From Phoronis australis (Eukaryota > Animalia > Phoronida), in the NCBI GenBank assembly GCA_002633005.1, contig NMRA01000068.1:699092-763091 (forward strand): a stretch of 64,000 bases of DNA, read 5' to 3'. This document shows, in pieces, positions 1 to 13,035 of this stretch. Position 1 is the first letter of the stretch. Each line of letters starts with the position of its first letter. A program made the position numbers and the translations under genes. Under the pieces are notes generated by a model. That model did not search any database. It was not told the origin of the DNA and was given only the letters and a program-made list of their open reading frames with translations.

Positions 1-2689
1 CCGCAAGTTAAATCTTTTTTAGGTTTACATCTGGGGTAAAGCTCGTAACGCTAGAACTTCGCTAAAAAGCAAGAATTCATGAAATTACCTGATGTATTGT
101 GTTTTTGAATTGAAAGCGTGATTTTGGCTAGATTTTTGTATTTCCCAAGACAGCTACTGAACTCTACCCTAGTCTGCGACCAGGGGTGCAAGGGTGAGAA
201 TATCACGAACACGCTAGACTGAAGACGTCGAAACGTTTGGTGAGGCATTGCAAACGAAGCACACGATCACACTATCTTCTTTAGCGAGATTCTTGCATTT
301 GCGATGCTTATCAGAGAGCAACAGACAATTTGTAAGGGTAATGAAACGTGGTTACGTGGATGTACATTAGTTTTTGATATGTGTTATAGCACACCGGCGC
401 TTACACAACATAGGACAGGGATGCAATGTCTCTGTAACAATTGCGTGTGCGCCGCGCCCCTTTCTGAGTGCTGGGCCTTGCACTATGTTAGATTTTTAAC
501 CAGCTTTACCTTGGCTCCGTCTCATTCGGCTGCTGCTGTTCACTATCTACACTACTTTGAACGCGCGATATCCTACGGACAGACTTAGCTGTGGCCTATT
601 GTGAATGGGGGGCGGCCTAAACAAAAAATATTTCTCATCACGACAAGAATAAAATCGGGACACGTCGCCGGAGATTTTAGCCACTAACAAGGGCATTTGC
701 AAAGGCCAGGACGTTTTAAAAATAAAGACGTTTCGTACACACGCAAGTTGATGTCAGGCGTGCAAGTTCAATGTCACAGTCCGAAGTCGAACAACACGAT
801 TTAATTAAACCAGAGCACATGTTACGCTACAACGAAAAACTGCAGCCTTCGGTGTATTTCCCATTTGTATTTTCATCAGAAATTTTCGTCATGCGGGACT
901 CGGTGACTCTTTCCATAGCTATAGCGCCAAACACAAGCTAAACGCAAGACAATCGAGTAACGGTCATGACATCGTCAAGACAAGGTAAAAATTACAAAGC
1001 CCGTTACACCAATTCTCAGATTCAAGCCTCATAGAGTAGTAATCATCCGTTGAACGCTTTAGTGACACGGGAGTTGCGTCGATCCCAAATTAGCGTTTCT
1101 AAAATTTTCCTTGTCCGAAAGTCGCGGGGCAAAAATCCGACGTTTATGACATTGTCCGAAGTTCGAAGATCATTAAAAAACAGTTTTTGGACCTTGTACG
1201 AATTTCGTGGACTATGAAAAACTCATTTCGGAAATATTTATTCTTGGTCGAAAATGGCGGGCCGTCCGAACATCACGCGACTTTACCCTACTCAACATCC
1301 TATGCAGCCATGGCTTGGACATTCCCACAAATTTAGGCTGGATTTTTATGACGTGGAGTAATGTATCAATCAGACTATTCAAACACTACAACTCTCTCAC
1401 TTATGAACACAGCATCTGGATTTGTAAGCTCATTTTGTAAATTCACATGACTACCCATCGAAAAAGCATGGCTCCTGGTGTTGCATCCAGCTTTGTTACC
1501 TATAAACACTCCTCACACACTCTTCCCTCAGTCATGCATATGATTCTTAGTCACGTGAGTTTTTGAACTGATTTTTGGTTGCAAAAGCTGTGTTTGATTT
1601 GTGTGAACAGGGATCAGCTTACAATTAGGTGTGTGACTGGTGTTCACAAGTGTTTGACAATTGTTGTTCAGGTAGCCTGCCAATGGACTAGATAACATAT
1701 ACTATCTTATTAATTTTTGCATTTGCAGGTGTAAAAATGCAGGCAGCTGGTACCCAAACAGCAGGAGAGTCATACAGCACAATGGGGTGGGCTCTGAAGT
1801 CAGCATAAAGGCCTGAAATGATGACTGAAAACGTAAAGATGTTTTTGACTGATGCGTTCAATGAAGGCATGAAAACTGATCAAAAAGCGATCCAGTGAGG
1901 TTTTCTAAACAAACGAGAACTGCAGGACACAATCATAGCTGCTGCTTAATGGCAATTTAGGTTTTCTTTATGTATGCCTCTATATCTACCTAGTTTCTTG
2001 ATATATTTTCCTGCAAAATGGTAAATTTGTTTCTGTTGAGAAAACAAGAACAAACTGCTATTTTGGCTAGATTTAAAATATTCAGTGCCACTACAAATTA
2101 TTATTTCTGGCAGCAGCCTCTCTGTCCTTTAAATTGCTTGGAGGGCATTTCCATCAGTTACACAACTTGACTCAGGTGGGTTGAAAAAGTAATAAAAATA
2201 GCTAACTTGCGAATATGTTTCAATTATGATTCTTACATTTTTCACGTAGACACAAGTTGTGTTTATTCAGTATGCCATTCTTAGTTTCTGTTAATTTGTC
2301 ATTGTTGCACAGAGATGCAACAAAAATCCTAAAATTTGACGGTTTCCAAAGCCATAAACCAAACAAAAAATTCGAGGGGGCAGTTTTCTGTGAAGAATAA
2401 AATAAAATTATTTTAGCTGTTGACCATTCCACCAAAGAGTAAAACTAAGCTATACTTCAAAAAAAATCAGTGACATCTCATGTTGCCGCATCTGCCTGAC
2501 TTTCTCATGCAGTGACTCTTAAAAGTCAATTTCATGTTTGTTGCCACGCCCGAACCCGATTACATGAGCGCGAAATCAAAACAGTTAAAGGTCAGACTAT
2601 CGGTAAAATGAATGAATTTGGATGAAGGTTTATCCTTTTCAAAACTTGCTGTGTTTGTGATATGCCAGACTCTCTGGTGCTAACATATC

Positions 2690-3010
2690 TGTTCTAACGG
2701 TCAAACTTCTTCATGATTTCGGTGAATTGAAACTCAGGAATCACTTTGTGACAGTAACACATAGCTCTTTCATTACAAGGAAGGCACACAATTATCGAGA
2801 TTTTCCATAGATAAGGCCACCTGATGAAATTCCCATGGGCGTTTAATCGAAAATTATGTCGCACAAACGCCCATGGGTGTTTCTTTGGTGTCAAGTGCTC
2901 AGATAGTAGGGTGTTTCTTCGGAAAACGTCCTCTTAAAAGCCGACTCAGAGTCAACTTCTTGTCACAAATTCAGTTTTGTGGAGGATTTATCATTTATAA
3001 AAACAAACAA
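2690..3010. repeat. Dispersed repeat with an inverted copy at ~42785-43000
   Basis: AGAGTCAACTTCTTGTCACAAATTCAGTTTTGTG..GATTTATCATTTATAAAA shared in reverse complement. Confidence 0.7.
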
Positions 3011-3309
3011 GCTGTTGGCGAACTATGCATTTTTTAACATTAAATTTAAAAACACAGATTTAAGTAAAAAATATCAAAGTCAGCAAAAAGTATGACTTTT
3101 CGCTTACATGCTCCCCTTTTCCAAATAAATTCCCAGGCATTTATTTGGTGTTACTCAAATGCCTCAAAATTTTCAAATACACACCACGGGCTTATCCACA
3201 GAAAATCACAGTAGCAGTTTAGTAACACAACTTCAAATTTACCAAATGTGACATGCATTCTTTTAATGCAATTTACACCTATGTGAACTTAAGACATTAT
3301 ACAACTTAC

Positions 3310-3470
3310 CTTTCTTGCGTTTCTGAGACAGTTTGAAAGCAGGTTTCAGAGCTCGCCTGTTCCCAATCAGGTGTGGAAGGTAGTGATAAATGCTGGGTGG
3401 CTGCATATCTGTCACATCCAGCTCTGGCAACCTCAACAGCTTAAGTGACTCATTCAGACGACCAATACCG
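3310..3470 (-). CDS. MGAT4: MGAT4-like coding exon 3
   Basis: TTGCCAG| acceptor, |GTAAG donor; SGIGRLNESLKLLRLPELDVTDMQPPSIYHYLPHLIGNRRALKPAFKLSQKRKK matches the MGAT4 'P.IYHHLPHL...LqPA' motif just before the GT54 catalytic domain; no further exon found at lower coordinates, so the rest is presumably outside the window. Confidence 0.85.
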
Positions 3471-3572
3471 CTGGCAAGGGAAAGAATGATTGGATGGCTA
3501 ACTAGAGCAACACGAAGGCCATAGTTGGCCTTGAAAAGAATTCAATTCGGAAAATTTCATCAATAGTGCTAC

Positions 3573-5742
3573 CATAGACATCACATAGACCGCGCACGCG
3601 CCACTCGATACATGCAGCTCGCGTTGTCAATATGACGCCATATTGGAAGAGTGCTACACAGGACAAAAATGGCAGAAAACACTGGGAGTCCCACGGCATC
3701 AGTCAAGAAATACGCGGGCTCGCAATGTTATGCTTGCAGCCAAAGAGTTAATTTTTTTGGTCCTGCCTTTGAGTCATGGGTTTTTTGGTTCGATCATGGA
3801 GTTTAGAAGTGCTGCCACTAGGTTTTTACGTTCTGCCATCATAGTTTAAGTGGAGCAATAATGCGTTGTTTCCACATCAGTCTTGGTGATTGAGACCATA
3901 TAAGATCAATTAAATGATAATTCTTGACCAGAATATACTGTTATCCAATGATGATGCTTTTTGTTAATTGTACTTAACTAAATATTTGGTTTCAATGACA
4001 ATCATATGTATTTTTACCCGTTCTGAAAAATCACATCGCCGAACCTACTCGCCAGCCATCAAAATCAGTACATCTAAGTAATAATGTATTCTCTGTTGAA
4101 ATATATACTGGTTTAAAAACTCATTTCTTAATAAGTATTCCAAAATCAAATTTCTTTTGTTGTGTTAAAACAAACATATCCCTGCAAAATCTGTACTTAT
4201 GTTAAAGTTGATATTGGAAATTTTGTGGATTTGCACTGCTTGCTTACGAGCTCTTTGTTTTGTGACTCAAAACTTGTGCAAAAAGTAAAGTGCATAGCAA
4301 CCAAAATATCAAACCTGTGCGACTGAATTGCGCATCCGACCTATACCCGAAATTTCCCATCGGAACCGAGTAGAATACCCAACCGAGCCGGAGTAGCATT
4401 AAGTAATGACCCCGTGAAAAATGACCACAGCTAGTTTTTTCAATTCACAGGGTCTAAATTTAATGTGAAGAATTTTTAGTCCGTGAAAACCCTACGTGTC
4501 ATTATTCAACGGTTCCAGGGGCGGATCCAGAATTTATAATTAGGGGAGGCCAAGGCAGAGGATCACATGCGTGCACCCAGCCTAAAATATAGAAGGAGGG
4601 CTCGAATTTTGCGGTCATGTGGACCTTTCACTGGAACAAGAAGACGAGTACTAAAAACGGGGTACAAGGTTCAACCCCATGCATTGTGCATTCGCGACAA
4701 ATATCTGTGATCTTTTGTCTCGTTCCTCGGACATTTTTTCTCTAAGAAGGACCTGTGGTGTTAAAAATAAGTTAAGTTATAAAATGTTTGAACATGAACC
4801 AATGACATTTCTGAATTCCCCATCAAATATTGGCCATGCTTATAGTTTTTGAATCACCAAAATCGCCCAACTATACAATCAAAGTTAAGACTATAACATG
4901 CTCACAAATGCAGTACATTTGCAGGGGCGGATCCAGGATTTTGAGTTGGGGGGAGCAGGGCACAGGAATCACCAGAATTTCGGCAGATGCGCACCCAGCC
5001 TAAAATGTAGGGATGCAGGTCTCAAATTTTTGGGTTTGCAGACCTTGTGACTAAAAAAAGGGTCAAAGACGGTTTGTTAAGGGCCTGCACAGAACGGGAG
5101 AACGCCCTAATGAACTTTAAAAACCTGACAATTATTTTTATGACCCCAATGAGGTCATTTTTCACAGCAGTTTACATTAAATTTAGACCCCATTAAAAGC
5201 AACCCGGGTGATATTTTAATTTTACAAAGTTACCCGCGGTCATTGTTCAACACTCAGTGAAAAGGCTTATTGGGGCACCACGAAAGTACGTCCCGAGTGA
5301 GCGGCACGTCTCCTAGATATAATGTATTAGCATCGAGCGACACGGATTAAATGATAAATTTGCGCAATCTTAGTGGTTTCTTTTGAAAAAAAAATGAAAG
5401 AATAAAACGCTCGCAGTGGACTGACAGGCGTGCAGCCGCTCAGGCCACTCAAAAATTTGCCACTGGTTGCAATCTCCTATAGTTTGATATTTTCCCTATC
5501 GACTGATTAACTCTTAAAAAACGCATGTAAGTGCTACATCACATGTTTTTGTATATTTCTGGAAAAAATCATACTCTTCGGCCTCTTTATTTGTTAGATA
5601 TCGCGCTTTGAAAAGGACAATTTACCCCGTTCGTTTACACGGCAATTGGCCATGTCACGTGACTAGTAGCTCTCTCCAATATGGCGTTTAGTTGTCAGCC
5701 ACAGTAGCGCGTGCACCTGTCTATAGTATTAAGATGTCTATG
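3573..5742. mobile_element. Non-autonomous hAT-like DNA transposon with nested insertions
   Basis: Terminal inverted repeats CATAGACATC...GATGTCTATG with extended subterminal similarity; 8-bp TSD AGTGCTAC/GGTGCTAC. Confidence 0.7.
4517..5060 (+). repeat. Two tandem copies of a CAGGGGCGGATCCAG-starting transposon end
   Basis: Copies at ~4517 and ~4922 share GCACCCAGCCTAAAAT; a reverse-complement copy of that motif lies at ~45190-45210. Confidence 0.55.
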
Positions 5743-7314
5743 GGTGCTACGGTCACTTTCAAATGCATTGTGGGATAGTAATCAGCTCATAAATATTCAG
5801 TGACATCAGAAAAACATGATGTTGACTCTCAAACAAGGATGGAAAATGGCACTTGTCACTTGAGCTCACCATAACTGAAAACACACAGGTCAATTGCAGC
5901 GTGCTTTTTGATGCAAGTATGACAAAACAACAATCCCATACTAGTATTTAGAATAAAAAATGAGGAGAGCTACAAACGTACCAGATGAATTTACTAGACT
6001 TTTAGCAAATCTTTTGAGCAAAATATTCTCAAACCACGCGTCATCCAATCATGCTCAAGTTAAATCTTAAAGCCTAAAATTACATGCCTGCTTTCTGTAC
6101 ATCCATAAAAACACATAAAAATGCAAGATTCTAAATGACTTCAAGAGATTTAGCAGCCTTACAAACGTAACACGTGACACACCAGCTTCACTCGCTAAAA
6201 TGCAATCGGCGTAACGCAACCCAGGTTTATACACATCTCCAAGTTTTCAGTGATGTCAGTGGATGTTTGTGGGCTGTCAACAGTACCATAATGCATTTGA
6301 AAACAATGGACCATCAGCACTAGATGCAAGTGAGTTTTCCTGTAGATGAAATCACACAAATTGACTGAGTTCAAATAATAAGTCAGAAAGGAGGCCAATT
6401 GAAAAAGATATCTGGTCAAGTACTGGTGGCCACATCAATGTGGATTATACATAATATGGTCAAGGACATGGAAAAAGGGAAATTTTCACTTTCACAAGGC
6501 AACTTCCTAAGAATAAGATGTATGTATTACTGGTACGAGACCACAAAAGTACAGTGTAAAACAACAGCAATCAAGACAAAATATCATTTCCTAATCATGA
6601 CTAATTCTGTGAACACTATAAATGGCTGGTAATAGGTATTATGAGGGCAAAACCACCTAATTTTCTTGTAAAGTCCCTAGAATGGCTCAACCACCTTTCT
6701 TGTAAATTCCCTTTCATTCTCATTCACGAGGGAAGACTAGCCTGTCCATGAATTCGGCTTCCGCCTAGTTGTCATCATGGGGAATTTCTGGTCGTTTTAT
6801 ATGAATATTTTTGGCTTGTACTGTATGACCAATGCGAAGAAATACAATACAGAGCACTCATCTTCAAGCTATCAGTGACCTAACAAGCATAACACATGCA
6901 ATACAGAAATAGTTATTAAAAACATGCTTAACAAATTCTGGCTTCTACAAACGATTAACCACCTACACTTAGAAACATTAAAAATTTGATTCACCTCAGT
7001 GTTCGCCACCCTAAATTCTTCATATAAGCTGGAGGATGTGCCATGACCTCTAGTGACAAGCCACCTTGTAGAGCTGGGTCTCAATATCCATTCTTTACAA
7101 ACCCCTAAACCACGTACCTCTACTTCAAGTGAGAGGCAAGTTACGACCAATTCTGGTGTAATTCACCAGACAACAGTTGCAAAATTAGCATTGGTTCAGA
7201 ACTGTTTTAATAAATACGCAGCTTTGAGCCAATGAAGGTAAAAAAATGACCAAAAAATCTGACAGAAATTGTCATTAAAAACTAAACTCTTCCTTGAGTA
7301 AACTAAATTAATTA

Positions 7315-7470
7315 CCGGTGTTGGAAAAATTGGCTTTCTGCAATTATTCTGCTGCTAAAGTTGTGGATGCATTGGATTTTGGCACCATGAAATATACCGT
7401 CACCTATTGGCCAGTTCCTTTTTTCAGCGATTTACCAATCAACTATTCATCATCCATTTGCACACACTTT
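7315..7470. repeat. Dispersed repeat with an inverted copy at ~31730-31900
   Basis: TATTCTGCT.CTAAAGTTGTGG...CATGAAATAT..CGTCACCTATTGG.CAGTTC shared. Confidence 0.7.
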
Positions 7471-9505
7471 GCAACAATTTACTGGAACTGGTTTCATTTC
7501 ATTATAATTTCTTAGTATTTTAAGCAAACCAAATTTCGCTGCTGCGAAGCTGCCATCATCTCCAGAGAGATGCCGCAAAAAGTTTAGGAAAAGGCGCAGG
7601 CGCCTGTCACGAGTGTACTGATTTTAAAACAGACACTTTTCTTTTTCAGAAAAGGCAGACAATTATGCAAGAAAATGATGTTTATTGGCTACAACAGGCA
7701 AGGTGAGTGTCGCATGACTTCCAGATTTTACATGCACCCCCGCTGGTCGTTAGCTCTACATGTCGATAAAAGTTTCACGACGACGTGATGAGCAAAAATA
7801 CCCAGCCTAAGTGAGGTCTATTAGAGCTTTACAAAAAGTGGTTCTTAGCTGTATTTTGACAATAGCCTTCTTACAGGTAGTTGGCTGGCTATTGCAAGGT
7901 CTTCATTCAGTCAACTACCACAAATGGAAAATTACAACAACGAACACACTTCATAATGAAAAGGGTTGTCTGAAAACACACACCCACAGCCACCCACAAA
8001 CACAACTGCAACATGGCGTTGACTTGATCAATGACCATATCGGCTACCACGTCCACAAAATGCTCAATAAAGTTGACATGGTGTATTGATCACCATATCC
8101 ACGTAATCATCGGCATGATTTATTTTTGAGTTGTACTTGCAATTTTGCGGCATTTTTACCAAAATATTCACGTGTACATTATTTCTTTGTTTCACTAGAC
8201 TAGTCTTTTCGTGACTGGAAGTTTAATTTTCAACTTCGTCAGCCAACTAACCCGGCTGGTTTATGTGCGTGATGTTTCCAGTTCGGCCCGGCGCCGGACC
8301 TAATAGGGTTCCGAGCCACTGGTTTACAACAAGAGTTTTGTGTGTTTGGAACTGAAAAAAAATTGCAATTAGTCTAAAATTACAACACAAGGTCAAGCTC
8401 TCCTGTCTGTATTTGATGGAACAATAATTCTATTTTATCACCGAACAGATCCAAACTTCCCGTGACCGACATAGGTAAGTTGGTCTACTGAACTTAGTAG
8501 CCGGGCTATGGTGCGTTCAAAATTTTTATAAATCCATAACAGCGAAATAAAACAATTCGTTTGTTTAAAAACTCAATGTATTTGTACGGGTTTTGCATCA
8601 AATTTTGATGATTTATTGGTATAAAGCAATGAAGTAGCCCTCTTGTTAGTGTTGACGAAAGTCATAGAACAGCAATTTTCTGGTGTTAGTGATTTTATAA
8701 GAAAACATATATTTCATAATTAAACCAGTAGGTTTAAATCAGGTTATGTGGTTCAACATAAGAATCAGTCACTGGCTTGTCAATTACTGAGCACAATAAG
8801 ACCCCAGTGACAGACACATACACCGGCAAGTGGCAAGTGTTAGAAGTCTTCATTTTGAGATTAGCAAAACTTAATGCATGCATACCTAAGAGCTGTCTTC
8901 CAGTCATACTCAGGTGGCCAGCGTGCACCACTGCATCATACCAGAAATGAAACAAAAGCAAGCAATTGTTAAAAGACAGCAACTCATACTAGAAAATAAT
9001 GCACAGTACTACAGATGACTTCTAAGTACAAAGGACAACTTCTTGAAATCAAAATACTAAGTTTTTCATATTTTTGATCAAGCTCCAAATATTGACATTT
9101 CACTGAAAATTATGAAACAACCACATTTCAAGTAACAAGAACATGCGAAAACATGAGTGAACATATCTAGCTATCTCTAACTTGAGCTAAGAGTTTCAAA
9201 AATTCATAGTAGACATGCTTTCAGGAACAATTAAGGTCTAAAGATCAGGTACTTATACAAATTAGACATTTTTTAGATTCAGTTTTTAATTTTGTCTTTT
9301 ACAAAGGTTTGCTTTTAAGCCTTTCTCAAGGCACTCTGTATTCTCTTTATTACCCCATCTACAGTCTCCTGAATCACAATAAACCTTTGAGTTCAAAAAG
9401 TAACCGCTGCTGTTGTGTTTTCACTACTTCGTAATCATGCAAAATCTCCGATTTGGTATACGATATTCTTATCGTTTACTTGAGCCAGACATGAACAAGA
9501 AAAAC

Positions 9506-10265
9506 AACAAGAGCAACGCAAGGCACCAACAACTGCACTGGTACACTTCTAGGGGTGTTAAGTAGTATCATAAAAAGGCCACTAGATGCTGCAGAATACA
9601 TTGAACCTGTATGAAAACGAGAAGGCATCGCATATCCCCAGTAGAAAATTTATTTATCAGATTTCATGAAAATTCTTCAAGCAACTCCAAAGATTCAGGT
9701 ACATGTGTATAACCCTCTCAAGTTTCCACTAGGAGGCACAGCAGTAGTTGGATCCTTTCATTTATTGTCAAGTTCATAGGTATATGCTTACCAAATTACA
9801 ACTTTAGGACATACAGCTGCAAATTCTTCTAGGGGGCACTACAGTAGTCAGACCCAACAAAATCAATGTCACTCATCATCTTGTCAGTGAGAACACATCT
9901 ACCAATTTTCATAATAATCCTCAAAGCAGTTTGGTGGATAGTGAGGCAGAAGTCAAAAACAAACTCAAAAAAATAACAAAAAATGGTCACTAGATGGTGC
10001 AGATTACGTCAAATCCATCACAAAAGAAAAAGGTGCCGTCGTCTGCATAGCAAAAACCTGTTCACCAAATTTTATGGAAAGCTGTCTCAGGGTCGTGTTC
10101 GAAAACGACAGCAGCCATAGACTTCTAATATGAAACACATCTGTCAATTTTTATAATGATCTTTAAGGCGGTTTGGCAGATAAAGAGCAGAGGCAGATAT
10201 ACAAAAATGAATCAAAAAGAATAAATATGGCCATTAAAAGGCACAGAATATATCGGGTCTGTCCA
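9506..10265 (-). mobile_element. HINE (Helentron/DINE-1-like) copy, truncated
   Basis: AACAAGAGCAACGC terminus plus ~140-bp subunits with CCACTAG motifs. Confidence 0.6.
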
Positions 10266-11450
10266 AAAAGTGAAACTGGTTAGTCATACCTTTTTGACAT
10301 AAAAAGGTTGGCCTCACTTTTTCGACAATAAAATGACAAAAATGATTTTAAATGCCAGATTCATCGTAAACATGAAAGACATGTTTTTTGCTAATGGGTC
10401 TTTTGATTTAGTGCAGAAAAACAGTAGGTTTAATAAGTGAACAATGCTGCCGCCTGATCATTCGACTTCAATCGCATTTATCTCAGTCTGTTCATTTTTT
10501 TAGCGTACATGTCACAGGGGTTTTCTTTGTAACTGGTCCGATTTCCAAAATTTTTATGTCAGTTTGACACCAATGCTTTGCAGAACAATCACCGGGTAGA
10601 ATTTTTCATTTTAAATATTGAATTATTCATCGACTGTTTAAGTTAAGAGAACTGCCACCAATTCTGTGCCGAGGAGTAAAGTTGCCAAAAAAACAAAAAT
10701 GACTACTTTGAATGTATCTTGACAATTTAATCTCGCAAATAATGAAAACGATATTCTAGAGCATATTTAGGAGAAAAAATTGATATTCAAAAAGATGCAG
10801 TTTTGATTATGACTAAAAATGCTATCAAAATGGTTAGAAAAACGTATCTCAAACTTTCCTTGATTGAGGGAACTATGCAAAATTCAATACTGATCTTTAG
10901 GCCTTAAAATACAATTCAAAAGAAAATCAGATGCTTGTGTACTTGGAAGTCATGCAATTAGTCTAAAAATATCAAACATATATAAATTTCAATAAATAAA
11001 TTACTTAATTTGTTAATACAAATTAACCAACAAAACATTGACAATTCAAACTCAAAATGCACAGCTAAATATGCAAAAAAATGCCATCAAACACACCATG
11101 CAGAAACTGCGAATGCATAGATTTTCACTTGTTTTTGCAAGAAGTCAAGACAAAACTTTACCTCTTACAAATATGACCAACTCACTCATAGTTTAAGTAC
11201 ACAAAACGAAAAGTGAGAAGCCCTTTTACTGGCTTAGAAAACATTCACTCTCAAGTCTATAGCCTTCATCAGCTAAAACATGACCCATAACAACTGTTGC
11301 AATTCACCTTGTCTACATTTAGTAAGGCCTTGGCACCTCAGTAGTCGACATGAAGAGGATTCTGCAAATCATTCAAATGTTTTGCTACTACGTATCCCAA
11401 ACAAACTAGAAACGGCAGCCATACAACCAGTCAGCTCTTAAGATTACAGT

Positions 11451-11537
11451 TTCCCTGTCAGGTAGTATTCCACCAAAGCATATAGCCCAGTCCCTGTCAG
11501 GTAGTATTCCACCAGAGCATATAGCCCAGTCCCTGTC
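11451..11537. repeat. 39-bp tandem duplication (~2.2 copies)
   Basis: CCCTGTCAGGTAGTATTCCACCA(A/G)AGCATATAGCCCAGT repeated. Confidence 0.85.
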
Positions 11538-11606
11538 TTCATGACACTCCTCTGCTGCAGCACGAGAGCATGTCTTTTTCTTAGTACTTGATAATTTTGC
11601 ATATCA

Positions 11607-13035
11607 AAGAAGAGCAACGCAGAGCATTGAACTGCACCCACGACTACACTGCAAACGGTGTGCATCTAGGGGTGTTTATTTGTATCATAAATTTAACAAA
11701 TGTCCTGCAGAAGATTTGGGAGATACAGCCATAGATGCAAAAAATGCCACTAGGAGGCACCACAATAATGCAAGTCATCCAAGCATCCTCATCAGCCAGC
11801 CTCTTCACAGTAGAAACATGAACGCCAAAATCATCCTGAGTGTTTGGTTGATAGAGGGGCAGACGCCAAAAACAGACTAGAAAACATTATAAATGAACAC
11901 CAGATGTCACAACATACGTCAAATCCCACCAAAAACAGGAACATGTCATCGTTTCTTTAATAAAAATGAAAATCCGTGATGGTAGTTCAGAGAAACAGAG
12001 GAAAATGTAAAAAATAAATTTGCCACTAGGGGACACAGGGTTCGTTGGATCAGCCTGAGAGTCATCGTTTTCCGTTGTCAACTTCATACACTTGCTAAAC
12101 TTAATGATCCTGCAGAGGGTTTAGGAGATACAGCCAAGAGCTTGAAAAAACTGCCATTAGGAGACGCCACAGTAGCTGAAGCCGTCGGAAAATCATCGTC
12201 TGTAGTCCTCTTCACAATAGGGACATATAAGCAACTTTTCACAATCATCCTTCGAGTGGTTTAGTCGACTCATAAACAGTAAATGTGGCCACTAGGTGGC
12301 GCAAAATACCTTGATTCCATCCGAAAACGAGAGGATAGCGTCACCTCAATAATAGATGCCTTTCAGCTAAATTTTATGAAAATCCGTTGAGGACCTTTAA
12401 CAACAGAGAGGTAAATGTAAAACACTATAGTTGCCATTAGGATGCACACCAGTGGCCCGATCCGTCAGAAAGTTGTCATCGTCTATTGTCAACTTCATAT
12501 AAACACACTTGCTAAATTTGATTAAGATCTTGCACACCATTAAGGAGACACAGCCATGGGCGTAAAAACAGAAAACTGCCACTAGGAGGTGTCGAAGTCA
12601 TTGGAAAATGATTGTCAGCTGCCCTCTTCACAGGAAGAACATGTACGCCAACTTTCACTATCACCCTTAGAGTGGTTTGGTTGATAGAGGGCAGACGACA
12701 AAAAACAGAATCGAAAACAGTAACAATGGTCACCAGGTGGTGCAAAATACCTCAAATCCATCTGAATGCCTATCTGCCAAATTTTATAAAAATCCGTTAA
12801 GGAACTACAAAGATACAGAGGTAAACATAAAAAACTAAAATTGACACTAGGGGGCACACCTTTGTAGTCGGATAGGAGTGAAATTCGTCGTCCTTTGTCA
12901 CAAGCTTCATATGAACACAACTGCCATATCTCATCAAGATCCTATAAGGGGTCTAGAAGATACAGCAGCAAGCGCCGGACGCCCAGACAGAGATGATGGC
13001 AATATGCAACCACACACTATGTGAGCACATAAAAA
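11607..13035 (-). mobile_element. HINE (Helentron/DINE-1-like) near full-length copy with internal higher-order tandem repeat
   Basis: Ends AAGAAGAGCAACGC and GGACGCCCAGACAGAG...hairpin...CACATAAAAA; nine ~140-bp subunits. Confidence 0.65.

Noticed and set aside
9340-9385. Possible MGAT4 micro-exon (TTCAG|GAGACTGTAGATGGG|GTAA)
   Set aside because: Would place an in-frame TAG after exon 2
11444-11665. ORF with duplicated TGTGLYALVEYYL as an extra MGAT4 exon
   Set aside because: Produced by a 39-bp tandem duplication and overlaps a HINE terminus; exons 2 and 3 already join in phase
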